Positions 48,884 through 58,127 of a stretch of DNA of 64,000 bases are shown piece after piece. A program made the translations under genes and the position numbers. The notes beneath the pieces were generated by a model. That model saw only the letters and a program-made list of their open reading frames with translations, did not search any database and was not told the DNA's origin. Source of the stretch: a virus. Numbering within the stretch: position 1 is the first letter of the stretch; the number at the start of each line of letters is the position of its first letter. Where the stretch lies: IMG/VR virus record IMGVR_UViG_3300028835_001449, positions 6,859 through 70,858 of that record; one strand, written 5' to 3'.

Positions 48884-50524
48884 TTAATAAACCTCGTATC
48901 TCCGCGTGCCGACGTTACTTTTAATTGCAGTCTCTGCTGCCTTGATAATAGCTCGAAGATGCGTGTCGGCTTGAACCTTCACGAGTATGGCCTCGAGTTC
49001 ACTATCGGAAATCTCACCTATGAATTCACTTTCTCCGGGCTTCTTCGTCTGCTTGTCCTTATCTGTTGCTTTATCCTTATCTGGATGAAGGGATGGAGAC
49101 TTTGGTTTTTCGGGTGGTGGTTTATCCTTTGAAATTGGTTTGACGGGTGGTGTGGTTGTTGGTTCTCCGCCTTCAACTCCTAACAAAGCGATTAGCTCAT
49201 CTGCTTCTACCGTAGTTAGATCGAGCATCTTTCTAACTATCCACTCTACCGGCAGTTGCAATCCTATCTCACCGTAAATCTTAGTTGTCTCTGCTCGGAG
49301 CTTTGCTATAGTCCACTTAGCTTCCTCGTCTGCCTCACCCAATGCCGGAAACCGAATCTGCATGTCAAGAGCCTCCGGATCAATCCCATTGCATATGAAC
49401 TCTACCCGATAAATCTTTTTTAATCCGCGAGCTAAAGCAAATCTCTGACGCTTAATTGCTCGGGTAAAAGCTATGTTCTGCTGGACAAGTGTCGCTTTTG
49501 CGTTGACATCTCTTTCATATCCGAGAAACGCTTTCGGCACTTTTGTTGCGGCAAAAAGCTTGTTATGAAAATGTTCGATGTCTTTTATATCCCCGAGATG
49601 ACGCTCGCCTCCAATCTTCTCGAACTTATCACCACTGCCTTTCCTTACTGGAATATAGAGATCTTCATTCTCTGCCAGGGGATTGAACTTCGTCTTGAGC
49701 TTGCCTTCTGTGTCGAAATACCGCTTCCTTCTATTTATTAACTTAACACGCCGTAAATATCTCGTTGCTTCCCGCTCTGTCATCCCTGAACAATCAACAT
49801 AGTAAACGCCCTGCTGATTTGCCCTTGTCATTCGGGTTATAACCATTGAATCTTCAAGCATCTTCTGTACCCTGAACGTGCGTCTGAGCTTTGAAAAGAT
49901 AGAGTAATTGACTCCGTAGTCTTCCTCGCCTATTTTAAAATGAACGATTTCCCACGGTGCAAACTGAGCTATTTGTTTATCTGTGCTTGATTCTTTCTGA
50001 TAATATGGAATATCTCTATCTATCTTGCCAGCTTCATCATAGTTAATGAACATCTCCTTGCAGGGAAGATGTATGAGCTTAATTATCATCAACTTTGATG
50101 CCACGAGTTCATAAAACGCATCTCCGTACTTACCCGTGTTCCGAGCGATAAACCAAACCCGTTCCTTTAATTCGAGCCGGTTATCCAATGCCTTGACAAT
50201 TTTACGTTCTCGTTCTTTACCTCCGCCTGGCAGTTCAAGCATGAAGACTTCACCTGCTTCCGACCCGCTTTGCGTTACCCAATCAGCGTACAGATCAACT
50301 GCGGACGACAGCTCTACCATCTCCATATCCATACGATCATAATCGGAATATTTAGACAGACGAGCACGGCCAAGGTCGAAGATTTCGGCATCTGCTATAC
50401 GGAAGGTTTGTCGTTCTGTTGTTAAAAGATTAGCGAGCCATTCAGGCGTTGCCTTCTTGAACATGCCGGTGATTTTGTCAATGAGTCCCCGTTTTGCTGT
50501 GTCTGAACCTTGAGCTCCGCGCAT
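48884..50524 (-). CDS. Portal protein, T4 gp20-like
   Basis: EIVHF, SIF..RR....MLEDSMVI.R..RA...VYYVD, EDLYIPVR, LGDIKDIEHF.NKLFAA.KVP. Confidence 0.92.
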   Translation of the reverse strand: MRGAQGSDTAKRGLIDKITGMFKKATPEWLANLLTTERQTFRIADAEIFDLGRARLSKYSDYDRMDMEMVELSSAVDLYADWVTQSGSEAGEVFMLELPGGGKERERKIVKALDNRLELKERVWFIARNTGKYGDAFYELVASKLMIIKLIHLPCKEMFINYDEAGKIDRDIPYYQKESSTDKQIAQFAPWEIVHFKIGEEDYGVNYSIFSKLRRTFRVQKMLEDSMVITRMTRANQQGVYYVDCSGMTEREATRYLRRVKLINRRKRYFDTEGKLKTKFNPLAENEDLYIPVRKGSGDKFEKIGGERHLGDIKDIEHFHNKLFAATKVPKAFLGYERDVNAKATLVQQNIAFTRAIKRQRFALARGLKKIYRVEFICNGIDPEALDMQIRFPALGEADEEAKWTIAKLRAETTKIYGEIGLQLPVEWIVRKMLDLTTVEADELIALLGVEGGEPTTTPPVKPISKDKPPPEKPKSPSLHPDKDKATDKDKQTKKPGESEFIGEISDSELEAILVKVQADTHLRAIIKAAETAIKSNVGTRRYEVY

Positions 50525-50585
50525 TTATACCTCCTACAACGCTTCCATATGACACCTGCACCCTCGCTCTATAAACTTTGAGATA

Positions 50586-50614
50586 ACCATACTTTGAGTA
50601 ATTGCGGTTGTCAA
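50586..50614 (-). promoter_or_regulatory. Phage promoter class B (TTGACA-ACCGCAAT...-TATGGT)
   Basis: Upstream of portal; motif conserved. Confidence 0.7.
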
Positions 50615-51084
50615 CCTGTGCAGGGCTTTTTCGCCGGCTTTACTGATAACCTTTTTCGACTCATGGCAGACGCCCAATACGTTGCCGTCAGATTATCACC
50701 TGTGCTAACACTAACACGAGCGACTTCCAATCCTTTTGGAGCTCCACACTTGAGGGCTGTTTGAATCCACTCAAAAAAATATCGAGCGAGTTGCTCTGGT
50801 GTTGGATTTATCTCATCAAATGGCTCTAAATCATTTATCGTCTTGTATGCAAAATCAGAATAAGCGCTGCCCACAACCTTATTCAAATCTCTGGACAGTC
50901 CAACTACGCCATCATCTCCAAGATTCTTTCGCTGGAACACAACCACAATCTCAAACGTATGTCCATGCATACTTGACTCTGGAGAGGTCCTCCCCTTGTG
51001 ATAATAATGGGCTGCTGAAAACCGTTTCGTTACCGTAACCTCATACATTCTTTCCTCCTTGGTATATCCCTTAACCGTCGACAA
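50611..51084 (-). CDS. queD: QueD/PTPS-family T-fold protein (catalytic Cys absent)
   Basis: FSAAH, HGH.F, NPTPE; true start may be MYEV at ~51048. Confidence 0.75.
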   Translation of the reverse strand: MSTVKGYTKEERMYEVTVTKRFSAAHYYHKGRTSPESSMHGHTFEIVVVFQRKNLGDDGVVGLSRDLNKVVGSAYSDFAYKTINDLEPFDEINPTPEQLARYFFEWIQTALKCGAPKGLEVARVSVSTGDNLTATYWASAMSRKRLSVKPAKKPCTG

Positions 51085-51248
51085 CCAAACTGTCGCCGTA
51101 GGGCATTGAGTCGACTCTGACTCATACCAAGACGACTAGCCAGGTTATACATATAAATTCCTGGGTCTTTATCTAATATCTCCTCACTCCTCATAGCGAG
51201 TCGCCGAAGCTCTTTATTACTCCGGCTCACTCTTACTTCCTTCGTCAT
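51030..51248 (-). CDS. Small HTH-like protein
   Basis: PGIYMYNLASRLGMSQSRL. Confidence 0.5.
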   Translation of the reverse strand: MTKEVRVSRSNKELRRLAMRSEEILDKDPGIYMYNLASRLGMSQSRLNALRRQFGCRRLRDIPRRKECMRLR

Positions 51249-51423
51249 GCTTAACGGCTTTAACCCACTGCTTCACTGTGTTGAACGCTACATGCTTCCG
51301 CTTGGCCACAGCCGCCATAGTCATACCATGATTTTCCATCAACCGCATACAATCCTTGCCTTCGAAGATTTGCTCATCCTTCGTTCGTGGACGGCTCATC
51401 GGATGGTACCTCCTTGAATACAC
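51217..51423 (-). CDS. Small HTH-like protein
   Basis: GMTMAAVAKRKHVAFNTVKQWV. Confidence 0.55.
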   Translation of the reverse strand: MYSRRYHPMSRPRTKDEQIFEGKDCMRLMENHGMTMAAVAKRKHVAFNTVKQWVKAVKHDEGSKSEPE

Positions 51424-51571
51424 GTGGTTTGTTAAGCTGCTTCTTTACCAAAGCATTCGCCTCATCGGCTGTCTTACAAAACCGTTCCATACCACCGACC
51501 GTTACTATAAATCCGCCCTCGATAGGTTTAATATTGATGTCGTCTGCCATAATGCCTCCTTTGCCTTCCAA
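51374..51571 (-). CDS. Hypothetical protein
   Basis: GGAGG-MADDINIKPIEGGFIV. Confidence 0.5.
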   Translation of the reverse strand: MEGKGGIMADDINIKPIEGGFIVTVGGMERFCKTADEANALVKKQLNKPRVFKEVPSDEPSTNEG

Positions 51572-51744
51572 ATAAGCTTACGACCATGAATACCACCACC
51601 CTCGGCACTTTTTACCATGCCTGCCCGTTCGAGAGCCCTTAACTCTTTTCTCGTCAGTCCTTCACCCGAATAAATGGTCTCCTCTGCCTTAAAAACTGCA
51701 AGGGCCCTGTTCATTAATTCATCGGTTATTTTAAACTTTGACAT
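51505..51744 (-). CDS. Hypothetical protein
   Basis: TAATG-coupled to terminase. Confidence 0.5.
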   Translation of the reverse strand: MSKFKITDELMNRALAVFKAEETIYSGEGLTRKELRALERAGMVKSAEGGGIHGRKLIWKAKEALWQTTSILNLSRADL

Positions 51745-53804
51745 TAATCTTCCTCATCCTCTACTATTATAGTCTGCTCAAAGTCGTCATCCTCTTCATC
51801 TTCCTTTCTTGCGGGTTTATCTCTCAACCATTCCAATGCATCCTTTGCGACCTTCTCTTCAGTTGACAACCCTTCATCTACCATACCCTTAGTTGGAGCC
51901 GTACGTATGTCGAGCGGTGCGTTTGTAATTGCATTCCATACGGCGCCTGCGAGACCATCAGCTACATCCTTCGACCCGCTCGGAATATGATCTACCTTTG
52001 ATGTCCGTGGGTCATACTGCAATTGTCGCAGTTCTCTGAACATGGGCTTATACCCGTATGAGTGAAGCCTTTCCTCATTGATAACTTCCTTTAATACATT
52101 ATACTGATCCGCCGTCCTGTCAACCGACAAATGACCCACTACGTCCTCGCCGAACCTCTGCATGAGTGTCTGCTGTGATTGTTTGGACTGAAACTGATCA
52201 TAAGTTATCTTTGCCATCGAAAACCCTGCTTTGTCCACGAGCTTGAATACAAGTTCCTGTACCTCGGATATTTGAATCTCTCCCGTTATCGGCGGAATGA
52301 TTCTCAATACCAAATCAACATAAATAACTGGTGCTTGAACTGCTTCTACATATATGCCGTCAACATCCTCGAACCTGCGATGCACGGGCTTTCTCCCTCC
52401 AATATGAACGACGGCGAGCCCTGTTGGGGCTGATACCAAGCCTAAATCGATATGCATATACCTAACTACACCCGGATGAAGAAAATGTCTCTTCTGAGTT
52501 AATCGTCTGCCTGCTTTCTCCTCTGCTGCCGTCGGTGGTAAAAAGAACTTATGCCATAATAATGCTTTTGAAATCTCGTGAGATGGTACACCCTCTGAAT
52601 ACTCTGGCAGAAACGGCATTGGAATTGTCGCGTCTACCATCTTTTCAAGCTTCTCATCCGACGGAAAGAAGCGGGATACTGACCTTACATTCACACCTAT
52701 TATATCTCTCACCGCTCCCTCCAAATCACGCTCGAAGTCAGACTTATACTCTGCTGGCACTTCTTTCACAACACCGATTCTCCCCCACTGCTCTTTTTCC
52801 TCATCTGTCTTGCACAGCTTCGGAGCATGATCATTATCGCCCACAAATACATATACTTTCTGCCCCGTAAACCTTGATGCTGGCTTTGTCTCCCATGTTG
52901 CATGCTCTATAACCATTGTGTTCGGATCATTCTCTTTTGCTATCTTTTCTAAGAAATCATCGGGATACTCTGGCGATGAATTCAATATAAGCATACCCGG
53001 AATTTTACCCCATCTCAAATACCGTGATTCCATACGCCTCCATACCGCATCATGTAACTTCTTCGCTTGATCCCACTCCCGATCCGCGAGGTTCCTGATC
53101 CTGACGCTCGTTGTTGATACCTGCATACAGTTCGCTTCTTCGATTATACCGCCAAATAGATGTTCACCCAACGGTCCTAACTCTGATGACGACCCTGGTA
53201 TTAATGATACCTGTCGCTGTGGCCATACTAAATAGCTCGACAAATCGAAATCCCTTCTCGACTTCGTGAGGAACCACTGACTTGAATCTATCATATCACG
53301 CAGGGTTGTGAAGAATATCCGCTTTGCATGTGTTGCCGACGTAGCTAAGTTCATAAATGAGATATGTGTCGCTGGACTCAGTCCATAAAACGTCTGCGGA
53401 TTACGTAAACATAGAAGCTCATATAACTCTCTGGCTGTGAGCAATGCTGATAGATATGTCTTACCCCATCCGATCGATCCCTTTAATACAACCCTGATTG
53501 GTCTGGGACGTGCCTCCATGACTCGCAGGAAATCTTGCCTGACTACATCCCATAGTGTGTCTGAGAGATGCCCCATGTATGCATAGTCGCTCAGCCATTT
53601 AACGCACGACACCGGTTCAAATGCGTATTTATCCCTGATGTATAATGATGGATTTCTATACTTTGAATTGCCTGTTCTGACCGATGCAGAGATAAGCAAC
53701 CGCATTATCTCCTGCGGGGACAAGTTCAGCTCTCTGGATGCAGCTTGAACCATGTCCAACTCGTCAAATGTCTGCATTTTCATTGGTGATTTTGATGCCG
53801 TCAA
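51744..53804 (-). CDS. terL: Terminase large subunit
   Basis: Walker A GSIGWGKT, Walker B GIIEEAN, LNSS, nuclease HIDLG, YDQFQS, VDH...SKDVADG; upstream of portal. Confidence 0.9.
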   Translation of the reverse strand: MTASKSPMKMQTFDELDMVQAASRELNLSPQEIMRLLISASVRTGNSKYRNPSLYIRDKYAFEPVSCVKWLSDYAYMGHLSDTLWDVVRQDFLRVMEARPRPIRVVLKGSIGWGKTYLSALLTARELYELLCLRNPQTFYGLSPATHISFMNLATSATHAKRIFFTTLRDMIDSSQWFLTKSRRDFDLSSYLVWPQRQVSLIPGSSSELGPLGEHLFGGIIEEANCMQVSTTSVRIRNLADREWDQAKKLHDAVWRRMESRYLRWGKIPGMLILNSSPEYPDDFLEKIAKENDPNTMVIEHATWETKPASRFTGQKVYVFVGDNDHAPKLCKTDEEKEQWGRIGVVKEVPAEYKSDFERDLEGAVRDIIGVNVRSVSRFFPSDEKLEKMVDATIPMPFLPEYSEGVPSHEISKALLWHKFFLPPTAAEEKAGRRLTQKRHFLHPGVVRYMHIDLGLVSAPTGLAVVHIGGRKPVHRRFEDVDGIYVEAVQAPVIYVDLVLRIIPPITGEIQISEVQELVFKLVDKAGFSMAKITYDQFQSKQSQQTLMQRFGEDVVGHLSVDRTADQYNVLKEVINEERLHSYGYKPMFRELRQLQYDPRTSKVDHIPSGSKDVADGLAGAVWNAITNAPLDIRTAPTKGMVDEGLSTEEKVAKDALEWLRDKPARKEDEEDDDFEQTIIVEDEED

Positions 53805-54217
53805 TTATCCTTGCCTTTGCCTCTTACTGGGAGTATAAACACACCCGGTTTTCGAGTTAGTCCGTGAATGATTATCGGTGCTATTACATCCATCATTGAC
53901 TTCACCTCTTTGTCGAAATCCTCTTTCTTTCTCATCGCTCTATATTCCTTCTTCATTATTTCGGGAACACCCATGCACGTTGAAAGGATTGCATCTACCG
54001 TCTTTATCTGAAGATCAAGCACATACGATTCCTTTTGCTGAAGCCTCCCTGCTTTCTTTAATTGATTACGAGATTCTTCCATCACATCTCTATATAATAC
54101 TGTTCTAAACCCTATCGAACCCAATAGCTCTTGTAACTCACTAAAGGCATCCGCTTTCTTCTTCATCTGAGCTTTCCTTGCCTGCATCGGCATCCCTGTC
54201 TGCTTGTTCTTGCTCAC
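53801..54217 (-). CDS. Hypothetical protein (possible terminase small subunit or accessory)
   Basis: Strong RBS, 4-nt overlap with terL. Confidence 0.55.
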   Translation of the reverse strand: MSKNKQTGMPMQARKAQMKKKADAFSELQELLGSIGFRTVLYRDVMEESRNQLKKAGRLQQKESYVLDLQIKTVDAILSTCMGVPEIMKKEYRAMRKKEDFDKEVKSMMDVIAPIIIHGLTRKPGVFILPVRGKGKDN

Positions 54218-54378
54218 GTTTTTCCTCCTTGGTCAATGCCATATCATCCATCCTATCTTCTAACGCCATCTTCGCCACTAACCTATCGTCATCGAGCTCT
54301 TCATCGGGTGTTAATAATAGTTTCTTTGCGCCCTTGCCGATTCTATGACGAATCTTAGTGACTTTTCTGGCGAATCCT

Positions 54379-55122
54379 TTAGGCCGTTCTTTTATTATCC
54401 TTCTCCTTCGCTAGTTCACCTGGTTCTTTTGAATGTCGGCGGAAGAATTCCATAACATCATCGATTTTCTTAGCATCTATTTCATCTAATCGCATCCTGT
54501 CCGGTGTCTGAATCTCTGGGAGCTGATCAAGATGCTTGCCCAACGCTTGATCAAGCTCTATTATTTCCTTCGCTTCTTTGAAGTTCTTTATCTCCACGCC
54601 TTTTGCTTCAACCTCGGTTTTGAGCTGTTGCATTTGAATTAGTAAATTCTCTTTGATTTGCTCATTTGTAGTGGCGGAATACTCCTCTTCAAGCTTGATG
54701 ATTCGATTAATCAAACGTGTTGATGCCGATACCTTACGACCAAATGCTGACAACCCCTGTTGTAACATGCCCCGATAATAAACTAAATTCTTCTGCGACC
54801 TGATTATTCTGTCCCTCATATCCTCTTCTCGAGCCTGACGTTCTGTTATTTCTTTCCGTTTTACCCACTCTTTCCATCCTTCTTTCGTAGCCCACCTTTT
54901 GATCTTCGTGTAAAAAGATTCAAATTTTTTGGGGTAATCTGTACTATCTACAGGACAGTCGGGAACTAAATACGGGAATCTTTGGATAGCTGTTTCGCGT
55001 AAAGTTCTGCCCTCACCCAGATAATAATAGGTTTCAAACGACTCTACGTGGAATGGATATTGACTTAAGTCTGCCTCTGATACTTCGGGAGATTCTCCCG
55101 TGGTTGAAGAGGACTCTACCAT
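54379..55122 (-). CDS. Terminase small subunit-like protein
   Basis: FETYYYLGEGRTLRETA...W...GW HTH-like N-terminus plus coiled coil; upstream of terL. Confidence 0.5.
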   Translation of the reverse strand: MVESSSTTGESPEVSEADLSQYPFHVESFETYYYLGEGRTLRETAIQRFPYLVPDCPVDSTDYPKKFESFYTKIKRWATKEGWKEWVKRKEITERQAREEDMRDRIIRSQKNLVYYRGMLQQGLSAFGRKVSASTRLINRIIKLEEEYSATTNEQIKENLLIQMQQLKTEVEAKGVEIKNFKEAKEIIELDQALGKHLDQLPEIQTPDRMRLDEIDAKKIDDVMEFFRRHSKEPGELAKEKDNKRTA

Positions 55123-55152
55123 TCGTCAGTCTCCTTTATCGGTCTGAGTCCG

Positions 55153-55182
55153 ATTCTAAGTGACGAGCTTAACGTGTGTCAA
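55153..55182 (-). promoter_or_regulatory. Sigma70-type promoter (TTGACA-N18-TAGAAT) for packaging operon
   Basis: Near-consensus boxes upstream of 55122. Confidence 0.6.
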
Positions 55183-55320
55183 GCGCTTTTTGTTACTTTT
55201 GACAGGAATTTACTATCTTTTGATATAAATGGGAACAAATTCTACCCTGAAAAAGTAGAATTACGAATGCAGTTGGATTGGGAAGAAATAAAAATTGATG
55301 AAAAAGTAACAAAAAGATAA

Positions 55321-55390
55321 GGGTGCCGCCGATTATGGGCGTTACTCGTTCCGGCGACGATTCAAGAACTTTCACACGCCGACGGCACCC
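55321..55390. other. GC-rich structured intergenic element
   Basis: GGGTGCCG...CGGCACCC outer stem and GGCGT/ACGCC inner stem. Confidence 0.45.
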
Positions 55391-55422
55391 AGAGGACAAA
55401 TCACCGTCTCATTGACAGTTGA

Positions 55423-55851
55423 TTACTTTGGTTTCTTCTTTTGAAGCTTCCTCGTCGCTTCTAAAATGGGCAGATTCGCTTCTGTCGGGACATATATGAT
55501 TTCACTTGACCCGTCATGAAGCCCCTGAATCCAGAGATACCGTAAGTACGCTTCATTCTTTTTCAAACTCTCGCCGATAATTTTGTTGGCCTCGGCTACG
55601 CCCTTTGCCCTCTCTACTTCCGCTACCGCCAACAACGTTGCTGACTCTTTCTTGGCTTCCGCTTCCTGGATCGCAATTTGACGATTCCACTCTGCCTGCT
55701 TCAGCTGAGCCTTCCCTTTAAGCTCTTTCTGCCAGACATTGTACGTGGGACATCCCCACATACCGAGAGTAATTGTTATTATCAGAGCAACAATTCCTAC
55801 AATTACCCATCGTGTGACGCTAGACTTTTTTTGTTGTTCATTGCCTAACAT
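55423..55851 (-). CDS. SPFH/band-7-related membrane protein
   Basis: TM then P.YNVW, AEVERAKGVAEANKIIGESL, YLRYLWI, IYVPTEANLPILEA. Confidence 0.7.
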   Translation of the reverse strand: MLGNEQQKKSSVTRWVIVGIVALIITITLGMWGCPTYNVWQKELKGKAQLKQAEWNRQIAIQEAEAKKESATLLAVAEVERAKGVAEANKIIGESLKKNEAYLRYLWIQGLHDGSSEIIYVPTEANLPILEATRKLQKKKPK

Positions 55852-55940
55852 ACCTTCACCTCCTTGTCTTTATTATCGCCGGAGCCCACCTAGAGATTTG
55901 AACCCAAACATAGCAACCCGGGCAGGCTCCAACATTATTA

Positions 55941-56135
55941 TCAAGACGCCGCCCAAGCAATCCGTGTTCGGCCTCGGACGTCGGTAAAACGACGCTTTGG
56001 ACGGCGCCTAATGTGACGGGAGACAGGTTTGTGTATGGGCACAAACCTTCTTACCTGTGCGTTTACACAAGCGTTAATCAATCTTAAGGGGGAAGTTATG
56101 ACCAAGACGATCTTCGCCTCCTCGTCACATTTCAT
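55941..56135 (-). CDS. Hypothetical protein
   Basis: ATGA-coupled ORF. Confidence 0.35.
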   Translation of the reverse strand: MKCDEEAKIVLVITSPLRLINACVNAQVRRFVPIHKPVSRHIRRRPKRRFTDVRGRTRIAWAAS

Positions 56136-56479
56136 TTCTTTTCATTATCTTCTGGCTCTACCTTTTCTCTGCTATCTCCAACACCGTACTGATGAGATTG
56201 TGTGTCTGGCGGGGTCATTGCCTGCTCATACCTATTAACAATCGGCATTATCTTATCCAGTTTTTCACTTATGGGCATAAGTTCATTCTTTATAACTATG
56301 CAGATTTGATTCATATAGTGTGTGAGCGTGAAGACATTTACTATTAATGTGATTGTCGTAACTGTGAGTATGAAAACCCAGATAAGGACTATAGGCAAGA
56401 TGACGGACTTTTTGACCTCTCTTTTTGCCATTTTCACCCTCCTTTTGAATCGAAGTTTAAATACGCGCCATTTACTCAT
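56132..56479 (-). CDS. Single-TM hypothetical protein
   Basis: Hydrophobic helix; coupled. Confidence 0.55.
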   Translation of the reverse strand: MSKWRVFKLRFKRRVKMAKREVKKSVILPIVLIWVFILTVTTITLIVNVFTLTHYMNQICIVIKNELMPISEKLDKIMPIVNRYEQAMTPPDTQSHQYGVGDSREKVEPEDNEKK

Positions 56480-56688
56480 CGGCTAAACATACCTAATACT
56501 TTACCGATCCAGAAAACCGAAAAGGCATAACCTATAAACATTATCGATAAAATAAACCGCCCTGTTGGCTCCCACTCTGGTCTAAACATTACTATTGGTG
56601 TCCATGCCACGACCAACATGATGGCACAAGACGCCATAATTGTCCACATAAGTAGCCGAGTCAAAGTACGAGTTGTCTTATCTTTCAT
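56476..56688 (-). CDS. Two-TM hypothetical protein
   Basis: Two hydrophobic helices; ATGA coupling. Confidence 0.55.
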   Translation of the reverse strand: MKDKTTRTLTRLLMWTIMASCAIMLVVAWTPIVMFRPEWEPTGRFILSIMFIGYAFSVFWIGKVLGMFSR

Positions 56689-56888
56689 GGCTTCTTCCTC
56701 TTATACGTATTCGCTTTGGCTATTACTTCTATCGGAACCTGCATCAATGTGATTGTCGCCTCGGCTTCGTCCTGCTTCATGCCCATCCGCCATTCAATGC
56801 CTATGACATGCTCTAACATCTCACCTGTTTCTACATTGATGACCTTCGTGTTCATCGCCTTACCGTCACTTACTATTTTTACTTTCAT
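56685..56888 (-). CDS. Small beta protein (KIVSDG...TKVI..ETGE type)
   Basis: AGGAGG RBS; follows JAB gene. Confidence 0.6.
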   Translation of the reverse strand: MKVKIVSDGKAMNTKVINVETGEMLEHVIGIEWRMGMKQDEAEATITLMQVPIEVIAKANTYKRKKP

Positions 56889-56902
56889 AAACCTTCGCCT
56901 CC

Positions 56903-58117
56903 TTACTTACTCGGACTAATAGGAGAAAAGACCAGACACTTTCCACGCACTTCGGGATCGTCCCTGTCTATGCCCTTCTCACAAATTCCCGACCCACTAG
57001 CGCAATCAAATTCACAATTAACACACTGCACAAGAGCATCTTCCTCGCCTCCAACGTCCTCTGTTTCTTCCACTGGAAATTCATCGTCTGGACGTTCGGC
57101 CATGTCTCTTTGAATATGCTTCCCAAGTCCTCCAAACAACCTGCCTTCATCGTGTAATGAATGTTCCCTGTCGAACGGTTTCCCTATCGTAAAAGGTTCG
57201 ACCACATGACGACGATGGCCCACTTTCTCCTCAAATTCAGCTTTGAGACCTTCCCTTTTCTTCTTTGCCATAACATACTCAACTTCAATAGGAATCTCAT
57301 CCCACGTGCGAGTCATCGGAATCATAGACAGCAACTCAGCGTCAATGTGACTCTCGTCCTTGCTTTCATTAATCGATTTCATTATACGTCCTCTCGTGCT
57401 CGCATCTACCCCTACATCTACTCTGCCTCTCATTCGACCATCAACACACATCACGATACTTACTAACCATCCGCCTGTCTTCACCAAGCGTTTGATTGTA
57501 TCTTCGTCTATGCCCGACCAAAAATTTCCCATCTCAACATGACTATGAACCCAACCATGAATCCGCGCTGCCCTATCTAAATCATCAACGACAAACTTAT
57601 TCATTGCGTCATGATTAAAAGACGCACTCCCGGCATCTGCTGTTTGTTTAATAAGATGAACCTTGATGACATGAAACGTATTTATCTCTCGCTCAACTTC
57701 TGTGAGCATTTGAACCTCACGGGGTTTGGCCATCCTAGCCAAAAGCAACATCGTTTCATATGCTTCCCGTGTAAGCATGATTCTCCATCGGGTAGGGTCG
57801 ACAATTTCAGCTTCGGCTAAATCATCTTCCTTTTCCTCTTCCTCTACTTTCACTTTGATCTCTTCCTCCCCTTTCTCCTTTTTCAATGGCTCCAATTTAC
57901 CGAAATACCCACAATGATTATCCGGGTCAACGATTTGTCCATTCTTCGCCGCCTTGGGATTCCCACATCCTAAACACGCATCTCCTACCTTATCGATGCA
58001 TGAATATACGAAAGCACATATAACACACCGTTCTTTCTCTATCGCTTTCTCCTTTGCGGTCAACGCTTCGGCGACATTAATCCTCTCGAGCTTACCCTTT
58101 TTCTTTTTCTTGGCCAT
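56903..58117 (-). CDS. JAB/JAMM (MPN+) metalloprotease with Cys-rich flanking domains
   Basis: PREV (Glu) and GWVHSHVEMGNFWSGID = HxH-x7-S-x2-D. Confidence 0.88.
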   Translation of the reverse strand: MAKKKKKGKLERINVAEALTAKEKAIEKERCVICAFVYSCIDKVGDACLGCGNPKAAKNGQIVDPDNHCGYFGKLEPLKKEKGEEEIKVKVEEEEKEDDLAEAEIVDPTRWRIMLTREAYETMLLLARMAKPREVQMLTEVEREINTFHVIKVHLIKQTADAGSASFNHDAMNKFVVDDLDRAARIHGWVHSHVEMGNFWSGIDEDTIKRLVKTGGWLVSIVMCVDGRMRGRVDVGVDASTRGRIMKSINESKDESHIDAELLSMIPMTRTWDEIPIEVEYVMAKKKREGLKAEFEEKVGHRRHVVEPFTIGKPFDREHSLHDEGRLFGGLGKHIQRDMAERPDDEFPVEETEDVGGEEDALVQCVNCEFDCASGSGICEKGIDRDDPEVRGKCLVFSPISPSK

Positions 58118-58127
58118 TTATACCTCC

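Noticed and set aside
40276-50524. Archaeal virus (T4-like head plus siphovirus tail occurs in haloviruses)
   Set aside because: Peptidoglycan amidase, sigma-like factor and TTGACA-type promoters indicate a bacterial host; the specific host cannot be determined from the sequence
55321-55390. Possible tRNA
   Set aside because: No T-loop GTTC consensus, D-arm or cloverleaf; kept only as a generic structured element
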